Of a DNA stretch of 64,000 bases, positions 1 through 12,100 are shown piece by piece. The stretch is from Tubiluchus corallicola. Taxonomy: Eukaryota; Animalia; Priapulida. Under the pieces are notes generated by a model. It was not told the DNA's origin and did no database searches. It was given only the letters and a program-made list of their open reading frames with translations. Positions within the stretch are counted from its first letter, which is position 1, and each line of letters begins with the position of its first letter. The stretch lies in the NCBI GenBank assembly GCA_030141605.1, contig JAQGDQ010000012.1, forward strand, positions 248,001 to 312,000, in the 5' to 3' direction. A program made the translations under genes and the position numbers.

Positions 1-1695
1 TCAAGAAAACAGCAGGGAAGTCAAACAGCGATCGATATCTCTAAAGCCCCCGTGATACTAGATGATAACCATGAAGGCAATAAAGAATTTCTCGATGATC
101 ACAGCAAAATAAAAAAAAGACTTGCTGCTTCCACACTATCACTGGCTTCTTCCCCGCTTACTACAATCCCTAGTGAATGTAGTTGTATTGTATTAAAACG
201 TAATACAGATTTGTACAAACAAACCCAAAATTATAGCCTAATGCAAATGCGATGATAATACATCTATAAAAACTTTAGTATGATGGAGTAACGCTTACAT
301 GCAACGACACTATCGGAACCATGCACATACTGCTTTTCTATGACAATCTATTTCTTCTGCCATGACTCTGAATACGCTTAAAATTTTTCTGCAGCCATGA
401 AGACATTAAAGAATACAATGTATACCTGGCGATTTCAATTGCTCTGTCACTAAGATCTAGAAAACAATGCTGCGATCAATGGAAACCTAGTCAGTTTTTA
501 AGGTCACAGTGATATCCTTCTTCAGCATATGTATTTAACATATAATAATTCTGCTGGCATGTTGTCTGTATCTATATAATTTGTGTGCTAGAACTCAATG
601 GCTAAACCTGATTCATACATCACATGAAAGGTCTCGATATATTGTCTTCTCAATGCGTGATTTTCGTTCGAGTGGAACAGAAGGCAAAAATTGCAAAAAG
701 TGTAGAATTTATAGTCCCTAGCTGAAGAAATAGGATTATGCCAAGGTCAAGTCAGAGTTTATTTATAAAGGAAATTTTCAAAACAAGCATTGAAGTCTGC
801 AGGCACAAAGCCCTATGTGGATGGGTATGGGACCTCACCCCCAAAAGCTTGAAATTTTGGAGGCTAACATTCATGGAGGTAAACTAAAGTAAGGCAGACA
901 CAAGGCATGTACTTACATTGTTGTATGCTATTATATTAATTATTATTGGACTATAAGTAGAATGTGAAGTATATGGAGATAAAAGGAAAGTAATTATTCA
1001 AAATCTATTGAATAATTTGTTAAATATCTAAAGTTACTTAGCTTGCATCAAAATACCACAAAAACGTAAGGCCTTAAGGAATATACAAAACATAACATTT
1101 GGGATTTTCCTAAGTCACAAACAACAGGCTTCAGATATCTACATTGCCTATTCAAAGATACCTTTGAACCACACCTACAAAATAGCTTTTGTCATGGATT
1201 GATCTAGTTTTTCCTTCTGTAATCTGTGTCTTTTGAAGCGGACCGAGCATTGTAATCTATAAGTAAAAGCCTGTTCACCCATATGTCCAAATGTACTTGC
1301 ATGTTAGCAAATATGCCTTAAAGTTGCTGGAGATCAGCAATCAATTACTGTGACACAAGTTGACTTTTCTCGAGTCACTTCAAAACAGGCTCTGGATTGA
1401 GTCAACAATAATAGTTAGATATGGTTAGAATAATGGTTAGAAGACCTATTTACATTTTTGGGAAACCCGTGGCTTCCCAACTTTAAACATTTTCCAAAAC
1501 AAAATTATACTCTGTCACACAGCAGTTCCTTATGTTATCTTCCAATATATTGAACCCACATCTCACACAACAGTTAAATAATATGACTGTAACCCTCCAT
1601 TTACACGATCAGTTTTTAAACTGTTGAACTAAACTGACAAACAAAAACTGACGAGTATTTAGATGACACCAAACTTTACTCTGTCAGACTCCAGT

Positions 1696-2065
1696 AATAA
1701 CTATTCAGTAAGGGGTGTCAGTCTCTCATTTAAAGGATGATGCAACGTGACTTTTGAATTATATGAGTATGTCCCACTTGCAACGTTTAACTATTTTTTG
1801 CAAGAAGCTCAATGGAAACAAAGCTAAACGCAAATAAATTCTACTAACCAATACCTGTATAACACACCTACACAAATTGGAAATAACTGTTCAGTAAGGG
1901 GTGTCAGTCTCTCATTTAAAGGATGACGCACCGTGACTTTTAAATTATATGAGTATGTTGTACTTGCAACGTTTAACTATTTTTTGCAAGAAGCTCAATG
2001 GAAACAAAGCTAAATGCAAATAAATTCTACTAACCAATACCTGCACAACACACCTACACAAATTG
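1696..2065. repeat. Tandem duplication, two copies of about 184 bp with 186-bp period
   Basis: 1696-1879 and 1882-2065 both read aataact(a/g)ttcagtaaggggtgtcagtctctc...acacacctacacaaattg with only a few substitutions. Confidence 0.9.
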
Positions 2066-3410
2066 TTTAGCTGAATTGTAAAATGCAATACAGCAAAATC
2101 AAAATTTTCTTTTTGAAAATGAAATCACAATTTCTCTTGTATTACTACTGTTTGTACCCTCTAGGTACCAGTATCAGCCAACATCAAACCATGCAGATCA
2201 TCATATATAAATACCACAGTCTTGCTGGATTGATATAACAAAATTAAGAACAAATAAGTTCTTTTGTGAAATTTTATCCAAAGAGAGCAATTTGAAGACA
2301 TGTACACTTTATCATCAGTGCAAAGTGAAATCCAGCTGTAAAATAACCCCTAAGCCGATTTATGTTTTGCAATACACCTGAATATAGTTTATAGTTGTCA
2401 TTAATTTCCTCCACCCTCATGAAAATGAAAAATCAGCATGATGTCACGAATGCATGACGCTATTGGTTGTTGAGTCTGAGTTTGTCAGTTTTTATTTGAA
2501 GACAGTGTGATATGATCTATCTTTGTTTGTCAAACCAAAAATTTGTCAGTTTTGCTATTTACACGATCAAATTACTTAGTCAAACTGAAACTGACTAACA
2601 AATTTGAAAAAAAGGATAGTCTAAATAACCCTTAGTTTTCATTGTAACTTCTGATGGCTAGTATTAGTAGCAATGGTGAATGTAATCGACTACTGGTATT
2701 TAATCACGTACCTGCAAATCTCTGGTGTCAATTATTTTGCTAGGTAGCGAACATTAAATGATTGCTTGCGTGTTAATGAGTTATAATAATTTGAAATATG
2801 AAACATGTAAATGCATTTGAAATAATTTTCAACACGGCAAATCCCCAATATAAATGCTCTCAGTCTCAAACACAAAACTCACATAACTTCACTTTCAGCG
2901 AGTCCAGTTAAGCTGTAACATGTTCTGGGAGAACAGTCGCCAGCCCCGCTGGGAATCAGATACAATGGGAGATCTCAATAATCGAAGGTATCACCCACCG
3001 GCTACCACTAGTATTGTTCTATAGCCTAGTATAGTCTATAGATATCAAATAATTTTATGTCTACGACTCAGTTTGACTTGAGCAATTTATCGAGTATAAC
3101 ATACCGCCCTTGCCGTTGTTCGAACGACTGCAGTGTCCGTATGCAATCAGTCACAGTAACAAAAATACAGGGTATTCGGTTCTTTTTGAACATAAATACA
3201 TTTCTAAAAGTTTTATCTCTTAACTGCAAGGCAGGCTGCGGCGTTAAGTAAGCTACTGTTAATGTTACTACTGCAGTTACATGATTAGCATAAAAAGATA
3301 TATCTTGATTTGTTGATGAGCCTTTATTCATTTCTTGGAATGTTTCTCACGCCACGCACACTATCATGTTCAATAAAAGAAAAGTCTCTCATGAGCAGTT
3401 TCTAGCACTG

Positions 3411-3414
<4 letters not shown>

Positions 3415-3469
<55 letters not shown>

Positions 3470-3510
3470 TAATACCTTATATATAGTATATATATATATA
3501 TATATATATA
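3415..3510. repeat. (TA)n microsatellite, interrupted
   Basis: Directly visible. Confidence 0.95.
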
Positions 3511-3584
3511 ATACTTAACTGCTAAAAAATCAAAAGTACATGAAACTACCAAAAAGTTGGTATGCACATTTTTACAACCAGTAA

Positions 3585-6050
3585 AAAGAGAGTCTTGACT
3601 ATGCATCGTATACTGATAACCGGATCTACATCAACGAATCCTTGACTTCAACAAGGAGAAAACTACACAAACAATGTAGGGACTATGCTAAGGACCACCA
3701 AATGAAGTACTGCTGGACAAAATACGGGAAAATGTTCTTGCGAAATGATGATTCAAGCCAAGTCATTGAAATTCAATGTGAGGAGGACCTAGGTAAACTT
3801 TAAAACTCAATACAAGGTGTTATTGCATCACAAAATTTATTTTCTAGCTTAATTAATTAATGGAAAAATTTCCATGTGTAACCTGTTGTAAACCCTGTAA
3901 AATAAACCAAAATTGTATTAGTTGTGACGTCTGTAACATGTGGTTACACCTCAAGTGTACCATGCTGAATGTGAATGAATTTAATCACTATGCTGTGTCT
4001 TCTGATAATTACTTTTGTTTAAAATGTATAAATGAATCTTTGCCTTTTCAGTGTATTGATGATGCTGATTTATGCGAATTGTTTTCAAATCTAACAAATG
4101 TATACTGTCTGTCTTCTTTACTTGATTTTACTTCACTCGCAAAACCGAAATGGGATGATGCTGATCCTGATGCACATCTTACCAGGTTTGATAGTAAATA
4201 CTATAGTTTCCATGCACTAGAGACAAATTTTAATCTAAAAAAGTCTAACAATGATTTATAACGAGTTTACCTAACTATACTTTCTTGCATGTTAAAACTT
4301 GCGCATGTGGCGTAGCTATATATCTTAAATCGGGTTTGAGGTATACAGCAAAAGATGAGTACAAAATTAATTGTGATACAGAAATAGTAACTACAAGTAA
4401 GAATGGTAATAGCATTACTCAAAAACCACATATACAAGTTGAGGATATGTGGCTTGATGTTGAAGTACCTGGTAAAAAGAAACCAATCACATCTGGTGTG
4501 ATCTATCGACACCCAAATACCAATGTCCATCATTTTCACAGCGAGATGAACTCTATATTATCAGCCATTAACAAGTCAGGAAAGACTTGTTATATCTGTG
4601 GCGATATTAATCTAAATCTTATGCAATTAGAAGAGAAAACATTTATTGCAGATTATTTGAATTTACTTTACTCTAACCAGTTTTTTCCATTAGTAACACG
4701 ACCAACTCGAATAACAAACCATTCTCAGACACTTATTGACCATATATATACAAATAATCTATCTAATCCAATTATATCTGGTATTATACTCTATGAAGTG
4801 TCGGATCATCTACCAGTGTTTGCTATTATTAAAAATATTGGTAACTTGATAGTTAAAAAGAAAATTAAAATCAGGGATAAACGGAATTTTAACATGATTT
4901 CATTTCTGGAGGATTTGCAAAATAAGATCGATGCTGTTGACTTTTCCGAGGTGCCAACTAATTCTGCCTTCTCTACTTTTTTTTCAAATATATGAAGAAG
5001 TTCTTAATAAACATGCCCCACTTAAGACATTCTCAAGAACTGAAAAAGTAACTTTCTCCAAGCCATGGTTAACTAAAGGTATTCTTGTGTCAATAAAAAC
5101 TAAAAGTAGATTATACAAGGACTGTAAGACTACAACTAGTATCTTAAAAATTAATCAATATAAACAATTTTCTAATAAACTTAATCATCTCGTAAATTTA
5201 GCCAAAAGAAATTATTATTGTACTTTACTACATGATAATAAAACTAATATTAGAAAGACTTGGGCAACATTGAATGATTTGATCAATGAACAAAATAAGC
5301 AGCGCATAGCTCCAACCAAACTAGTAAAAAATCATGCTGAGATTACGGAACCCCCTGCTATCTGTGAATTCATGAATAATTATTTTGCATCGCTTGGTTC
5401 TGATATGGTAAAGAAAGTACCACCTACTCCAATAACCTTTGATTCTTTCCTTAGAATGCCTAATCAGAACTCCCTCTTTTTGCGCCAATTATCGAGTATG
5501 AAGTTTCTTCTGCTATTGCTGCATTAAAAACCAATAAATCAGCAGGACCCGAAAACATCTCGAATCAATTTTTTAAAATTTCACAGTCCATTATTACTCC
5601 ATTATTAACTATGCTGTTCAATAAATGTGTAGAAGAGGGTATCTATCCTGACGTGTTGAAAATTGCAAAAATAATCCCGATTTACAAATCTGATTCTCCC
5701 ATTAATCCCAATAATTATAGGCCAATATCTCTCTTATCTCCCATATCAAAGGTTTTTGAAAATTTAATTTACTCTAGGCTAGCTAAATTTCTTTTAAAAG
5801 AACAAATTTTAATTAAATTCCAATTTGGATTCAGAAAAAATCATTCTACATCTTTAGCTGTGTCAGAAATAATTGAAAACTTTCTAGCGAATATTGATAA
5901 GGGGAAAACTACTTGTGCTATATTTTTAGATTTATCGAAAGCATTCGACACGGTACAACATGACATTTTGTTACATAAGTTATCTTACTATGGTATCAGG
6001 GGACGTCCTCTTGCACTTTTCACGTCTTACCTTACTAATAGGTGTCTGAG
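3585..6050 (+). mobile_element. Degenerate CR1-group non-LTR retrotransposon: ORF1 C-terminus plus ORF2 (PHD, APE endonuclease, RT), truncated at both ends
   Basis: 3621-3803 translates to RIYINESLTSTRRKLHKQCR...KYCWTKYGKMFLR, an FP-like ORF1 tail. ORF2 from 3860 has a PHD finger (CxxC..CxxC..WLHLKC..FCLKC), APE motifs GVAIY, GDINLNL, TRPTRIT, TLIDHIY and SDHLPV, and RT motifs NYRPISLL, QFGFR and FLDLSKAFDTV. It is disrupted by a stop at 4259-4261, a deletion near 4300 and frameshifts near 4985 and 5490. Confidence 0.92.
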
Positions 6051-6089
6051 TGAGTGAGTGTGAGAGACAGGGATAAATAGAGATGAGAA

Positions 6090-6210
<121 letters not shown>

Positions 6211-6828
6211 TCATTTAATGCATTTCTCTTTTTGTTTCTCACATTTCGAAATTACCATTAATCTGGGGAGCACCAACACAAGGGTCCAGGTCATACCAAT
6301 AGCTTCAATAAAAATTGTATTTTCTTTTACATTAATGTTTTCCGTGTCAAAATTTGTGCTAATTTATTGCTTGCTGTGTAAACTATCATTTAAACTTGTA
6401 TGCTCATGGTAAATCTAGCAATAAGTTCCAAAAAAAAATTAATTCTAAATTTATCAAACTGAAAGATTTGATGACCAGAGCATATGCCTAATACACTAGA
6501 GCAATGAATATACAATTATAAGTAATCAGGTAGATTTTAAGTTATTATGTGCAACAAATGATACAATGCAAATTACTTTGAGAAAGCAATTTCATCCTAA
6601 AAATATGAAATAGCAATGAAATTTTAAAACAAAATATTTTTCAAAAACAAAACAAAAAAACAAGATTGACCATTTAAACATCATGTCACTTTAAATTATT
6701 CAGATTTTTGATAGTCATCATTAGCCAAAGCACGTACTGCAGATAACTAAAGGAGAGCAGAAACGAAAGAGAGAGAGAGAGTGAGTGAGGGTGAGAGAAG
6801 GGGAATGAGACAAACATGTAGCTAGGAG

Positions 6829-6862
6829 AACACGCACACGTGCACGCACGCACGCACGCACG

Positions 6863-6909
<47 letters not shown>
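6829..6909. repeat. Compound (CACG)n/(CA)n microsatellite
   Basis: Directly visible. Confidence 0.95.
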
Positions 6910-6912
<3 letters not shown>

Positions 6913-7518
6913 TGATTTATTAGTTTTTTCTGGGAAAGTAATGATCTGTGAAAAAAATTTGAGAAGCACTTTTCCTGGGAAACGTGTGGACCTAAATCTT
7001 CACCAGCTAATGAATTGTTCTGTTAATTGCCATTATTTTTATTTTCGTATCCCCTCAGCAAAATAAACACTGTTATGTGCTTATTGTTTCATAGGTCTGA
7101 TCACAATCACAAATTGTGTGTCAGTTGACTGTAGTGTCCAATGTAACATAATAGTAGTAATATAACCAGTTAAAGAAGGTTACAGGTAAACGCCAGGTAT
7201 ATCCTCTTGAAAAGTATAAAGACGCATAATATGGAAACACATCTTGGCATTTGTTAAAGGTTACTGTTATTGCTACCAACAAATTGTTGCAAGTTTCCAA
7301 CTTTTGCTCTATATAATGGATATTGGTCGGTGAACGGGTGATGAGTTTAGTTGATTATAAGAGATTTCTTGAAAATATTACAAGTATTTAGTGTCATTGA
7401 AATTATACGTTTATCTTCTCTAGATATTTTGGTAAATGTACTTTTCATTTTATTACATAATATTTGAATCGTAGAAAAAATAAGCACGGATGACTTAAGC
7501 TCTAACTATAGGCATATA

Positions 7519-7961
7519 CCGTATTTTCCCATGTATAAGAGACCCTTGTGTATAAGAGACCCCTTCAATTTTTAGGCAAAAATTCTGGAAAAAAGTTTTT
7601 TGGTAATGAATAACTTTATTCATCATAGAAATCATTAAATTCCTCATCACTCTCATCAAAAATATCAACTGGAGTCAGACCTTCAGCAATTCCAGCCAGT
7701 TCATCATCAGAGGAGTCACTCTGCTCAAAAATGGCATTGTCCTCTGTGCCGTCCATGGCATTGGAGATGCCACACTTCTTGAAAGATTTAATAATGACCT
7801 CTGGCTTTACACCATTCCATGCCTTGAGGACCCAGCTGCACAATTAGTGTCACAATTTATGCATCTTATTGAAAAGACTTACTCCCATGTATAAGAGACC
7901 CCCTATTTTTAAAGTGAAAATTCTGAGCAAAAAAGGGTCTCTTATACATGGGAAAATACGG
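7519..7961 (-). mobile_element. Internally deleted pogo/Tigger-like DNA transposon retaining the transposase C-terminus
   Basis: Perfect 29-bp TIRs CCGTATTTTCCCATGTATAAGAGACCCTT (7519-7547 and 7933-7961) with TA on both sides and subterminal TGTATAAGAGACCC repeats. Minus-strand 7616-7843 reads WVLKAWNGVKPEVIIKSFKKCGISNAMDGTED plus an acidic tail, typical of pogo transposase C-termini. Confidence 0.92.
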
Positions 7962-8336
7962 TATGTCTTGAAATTCTGTCTTTTCATCAGTTTCGAATGA
8001 TTTTTGCTTTTATTTTTTGTGGTATCAGTGCAAGATATTGAAGATGATACAGTATTTCTTCTTATCCAGTGATGCATGTTGGTGGCTAACTTTGTATGTC
8101 TCGTAATCTCATTGTCTTTCTCTATAAAACATTCGCTGTCTTCATGTACGATCACACAGTTTTCATGCTACTCACACAAGCTCTTCTTGTGTAATAACAA
8201 TTGCTATTGCAGGATGTTAAGTAAATGAATAAACGTATTGTTGAAGTAATTGTTTTGCTTGATAACGAGTTTTTGGAATATAGACCATATACTGTGCTGT
8301 ACTATAATATAGGCTAGCCTGGACCTAGGTTTAATA

Positions 8337-8956
8337 TCATCAACTGGGGTGGTTTTGTTATCACTGGTGACTTTGTTCAAAATTTTTTATGTAGAATTTT
8401 GCAGGTTTTGTGCACAAGCAAGACTAAATTGAAGCTGAGCAGAGGTTTTTAATATAGTAAGACTATTTGTGTTGCAAAGCAAATTAAAACAGATATTAAA
8501 CTCAATAATATAATTATTAATAAACAGTAGTACTGCTCCTTGGACCTAGAGTCAATGGCATTTCAGTGCACAAATTGAGAAAATTAAATAGTTTTACAAT
8601 ATCATTCAGTATTTTTTCTGAAACAATTGCGATACAGCAGTAGTTTGGCTAGTGTTGTTTGACTTTTTTATAAATCAAATAAGTAAACAAAGTCACCCTG
8701 ATAGTAAGGATACTTTGGCCAACAAGCTATTTTAGACACGTGAACAATAAGTAGGTCTAAAACCTGGGGTGACATTGTTCACTTTTCAAGCTTTTAAAAA
8801 AAATAATTATGAGGGTGACAGCTCCTTTACATCAGGTGGTCTATTTGGTAACACTTGAAGTGTTATAACCAACAGAATTTTACGTGTTATTAGGCAAAAC
8901 TCTAAAAGATAGAGTCGAAAATTATTAAAATTTATCAATGTCATCCCAGTTGATGG
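8337..8956. mobile_element. Non-autonomous Tc1/pogo-type MITE
   Basis: Imperfect TIRs (t/c)catcaactggg(g/a)tg..ttg.ta at 8337 and ending at 8956, with TA flanks. Internal GGTGAC(A/T)TTG repeats near 8366, 8690 (inverted) and 8766. Confidence 0.7.
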
Positions 8957-9145
8957 TAATAAACACTGAAAGAAAAGATTCTGCAAATTTGTTAGGTTTT
9001 GGTTAATTAAAGCTTATTAGTTCTTTTCTTGAATTTTTTTCTGACCGTTTGTTTTGAATTGCAGCATTTTTTATTTTAGGCAATGGAGTTCTATGGTTAA
9101 AGCTTACCATTATTAGTCAAGTTATTTGTTCAACAAGCTACTACA

Positions 9146-12100
9146 ATGGCACAAAGCTTGTTAAAAGGAAAAATCTTCTTTTGTCGTGAGTGGGCCTTTG
9201 CAAAAATTTTGTACTGTTTGGAGCAACGCCCGACGTCTAAAACATGTGGTGCATTGATAATGGGTGGACCTGGTAGTGGCAAGACTGCTCTGTGTTCTGA
9301 AGTTATTTGGCCAACATCGAATCATGGGAAGCAGAAGTCGTTAAGTCGGCACATATTAGCTTATCATTTTTGTCAAGCACAGGACATGGATACATTTTCG
9401 GTAGTTAGTTTTATTCGCAGGTTGGTAGATCAGCTTTGCAGTTCTGAACTAATTTGTGGCTACAAGGAAAAAATTTCCAGTCCAGACGTTCAAAAGTTAT
9501 TGAATGTTTCTGAACTAGAAACAAATCCTGATGAGGCATTTAAGTCTTGTGTCTTATTGCCATTACTGTCCATAAATCCACCACGATTAAACTTATTTAT
9601 AATTGTTGATTCTATTGATGAATTCCCTCCTCATTGTTTTAATGGAAGCAGCCAGACAATTGCACAGTTGTTAGCAAAGCACAACCAAATGTTTCCACAA
9701 TGGCTGCTTCTTGTTTGTTCTGTGCGAAAACAGAGTCGTTCGGTGACAAGGCTATTTACAGGGTTTCGTAAAATTACAATTGACGATTTGCGTAAATCTC
9801 ATGTTGTCCGTGATGTGCAGCAATACATACTCAGCAGGTTAGATAACGAAGAAACATTAAGACAACTACTAAGTCGTGAAACTGCTGAGATGTTAAACCA
9901 ACTTCACATTAAAAGTAACGGTTGCTTTTTGTACTTGGAGAGAGTCTTAGATGGTGTTGTAGACAACTTTATAATGTTGCGTGAAATTCGTGATATTCCC
10001 GGAACCCTAAATGGACTTTACTTATGGTTGTGTCAGCGTTTGTTCAACAAGGAACAATTTTTGAAAGTTCAGCCTTTGCTAAATGCAATCTTGGCTGCAC
10101 AGAAGCCACTTACAAAAAGGGAGCTCCTGCTGTGTGACCAGTCACTCGATGTCTCTCTCACTGATGCAATGTTTGAAAAGCATTTAAAGCTTTTAGATAA
10201 ACTATTAATCACTGGACCAAATGAAACTATAATATTATTTCATCACAGTTTTGCTGAGTGGTTGTTGGATGTGAAACACTGCACACAGAAATTTCTCTGC
10301 ATGCCATCAGCAGGGCATGGCATGATTGCAATGGCATACACGTTACACAAGAACGAACTGAAATCTGCAGAAGAAGTTCACGATTTTGCTTTGCACCTGA
10401 CTAAGTCTGATCTTCAACCCGGTCAACAACCTTGGCATTTGGCTTTAAAATTGGTGCAGTCTCAGACATCCACAGATGATGATGGGTCACCATTATCTTC
10501 AGGTAAACAAGATATCGCTCGAATATTATTAATGGCTGGCTCAGATTCCAACACTGCTAGTGGAGTTACATCTGTAATAAAAGTGAATGAACAAGAAGAT
10601 CCTTTGTTATCATTGCTGGCAAACGGAGGAGATGTGAACGAAGTTGATAGCAGTGGTAGGACTTTGTTATCTACAGCTTCACATCAAGGTATTATAAGAG
10701 TTTTACTTTCTTTGGTATAGCCACAAATATTTGTTCTGTTCTAATAATGCTATGCCTTGTTTTAACAAATTGGTTTAACAATTTATCAAAACTTTGGTTT
10801 TGATAATTCTGAAGTGAAATGCATGAAATTAGATTGTATAACTTAACGAGTCATTTACAAAACTTTACCGTTTATCTGTTAAAATAATATTTGCCTTTCA
10901 GAACAGCATGTATTGGTTCTTAAAATTATACAAACTACTAAATATATGTGACAAATTTAATTTTTGCTGTGTATCTAGTAAGATTACAGTCTAAACATTC
11001 AGGAAAGTTTAATTGTTCTACATTGCAATCAAAAAATAAAACAGATAATTGCCATTTTAATCCCTAACTGAAATTCATGATGTGTGTGCTTGCAAACCAA
11101 AACTGTCCATAAGTGGGCGTAGTTAAAACTACGTTATTATGCTTCAAAGCTGAATATAGCAAAAATTTGGTCAAATGTCATTTTTTGTCTATAAAAATTT
11201 GTCTATTTTGTTTGTAAAAACAAATGCTGAATGTATTGGACTTTTATATTCTAACATCAAATTATCAAGAAAATGTTCAAAAAATGCTAAAAATCTAATT
11301 TATAATCCTGCACCCATTTTTCGTGCTAGATAGAAACTAGTAATGCAATTGCAAAAAACTTGCATTTTCAAACTCCGATAGTAGCTCGTGGGGGGAGCAG
11401 TCATTTTGCTCAGCTTAGAAATAGCATAGAGCGATGAGCTTGGTATCAAAATGAACCTCATGAAATGAAGATTCAGGATATGTGAATAACTAAAAAAGCT
11501 TAGTTGCCGATTTATGGATGATTTTGCTCTGCAAGCACCCATATAAGCATTTTGTTTGGTCACAAAAGAGTCACAGTTATTTCTGTTTTTGTAATTACCA
11601 TGCTACAGGTATTTGTTTGTGCTAAATTAACTGTTTCATTTGTTGCAGGAAAGACCAAGTTAGTGAAGCATTTATTGAGTAAGGGAGCTCACACAGAAAT
11701 TGAAGATAGTAATGGACAGACTGCATTGAATCTTGCTGCCAAACAAGGTCATGTACATGTGCTGCTGGCTCTTATTGGTGAGAACATTATATTTTCTGTC
11801 CACGAACTATTACTAATAAGTCCTGCATGTAAAATCTAATGCTCACGTTTTGAACAGTAAACATTTAGTTCTGAATTATTAACTGTGATTTTGTCCTGCA
11901 GAGGCAAAGTGCAACATAGATCACAGTGACCATGAAGGATGGACTCCTCTTCGGTCAGCAGCCTGGGGAGGACACACGGATGTTGTTGTGGCATTATTGA
12001 AAGCTGGTGCGCAGGTAATAATAGCTAATACACTTTTAGTTGCTGCTTGCAATATACATTATGCAGTTTATGCCACTTTGAAATTATTTTTATTGCTTAT

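Noticed and set aside
1-3340. Exon-like GC-richer islands and short ORFs (52-255, 3057-3251, 3068-3331) with scattered minus-strand splice-like sites
   Set aside because: Trial splicing hits stops in the frames tried and no protein family is recognisable; may be a decayed gene but cannot be supported.
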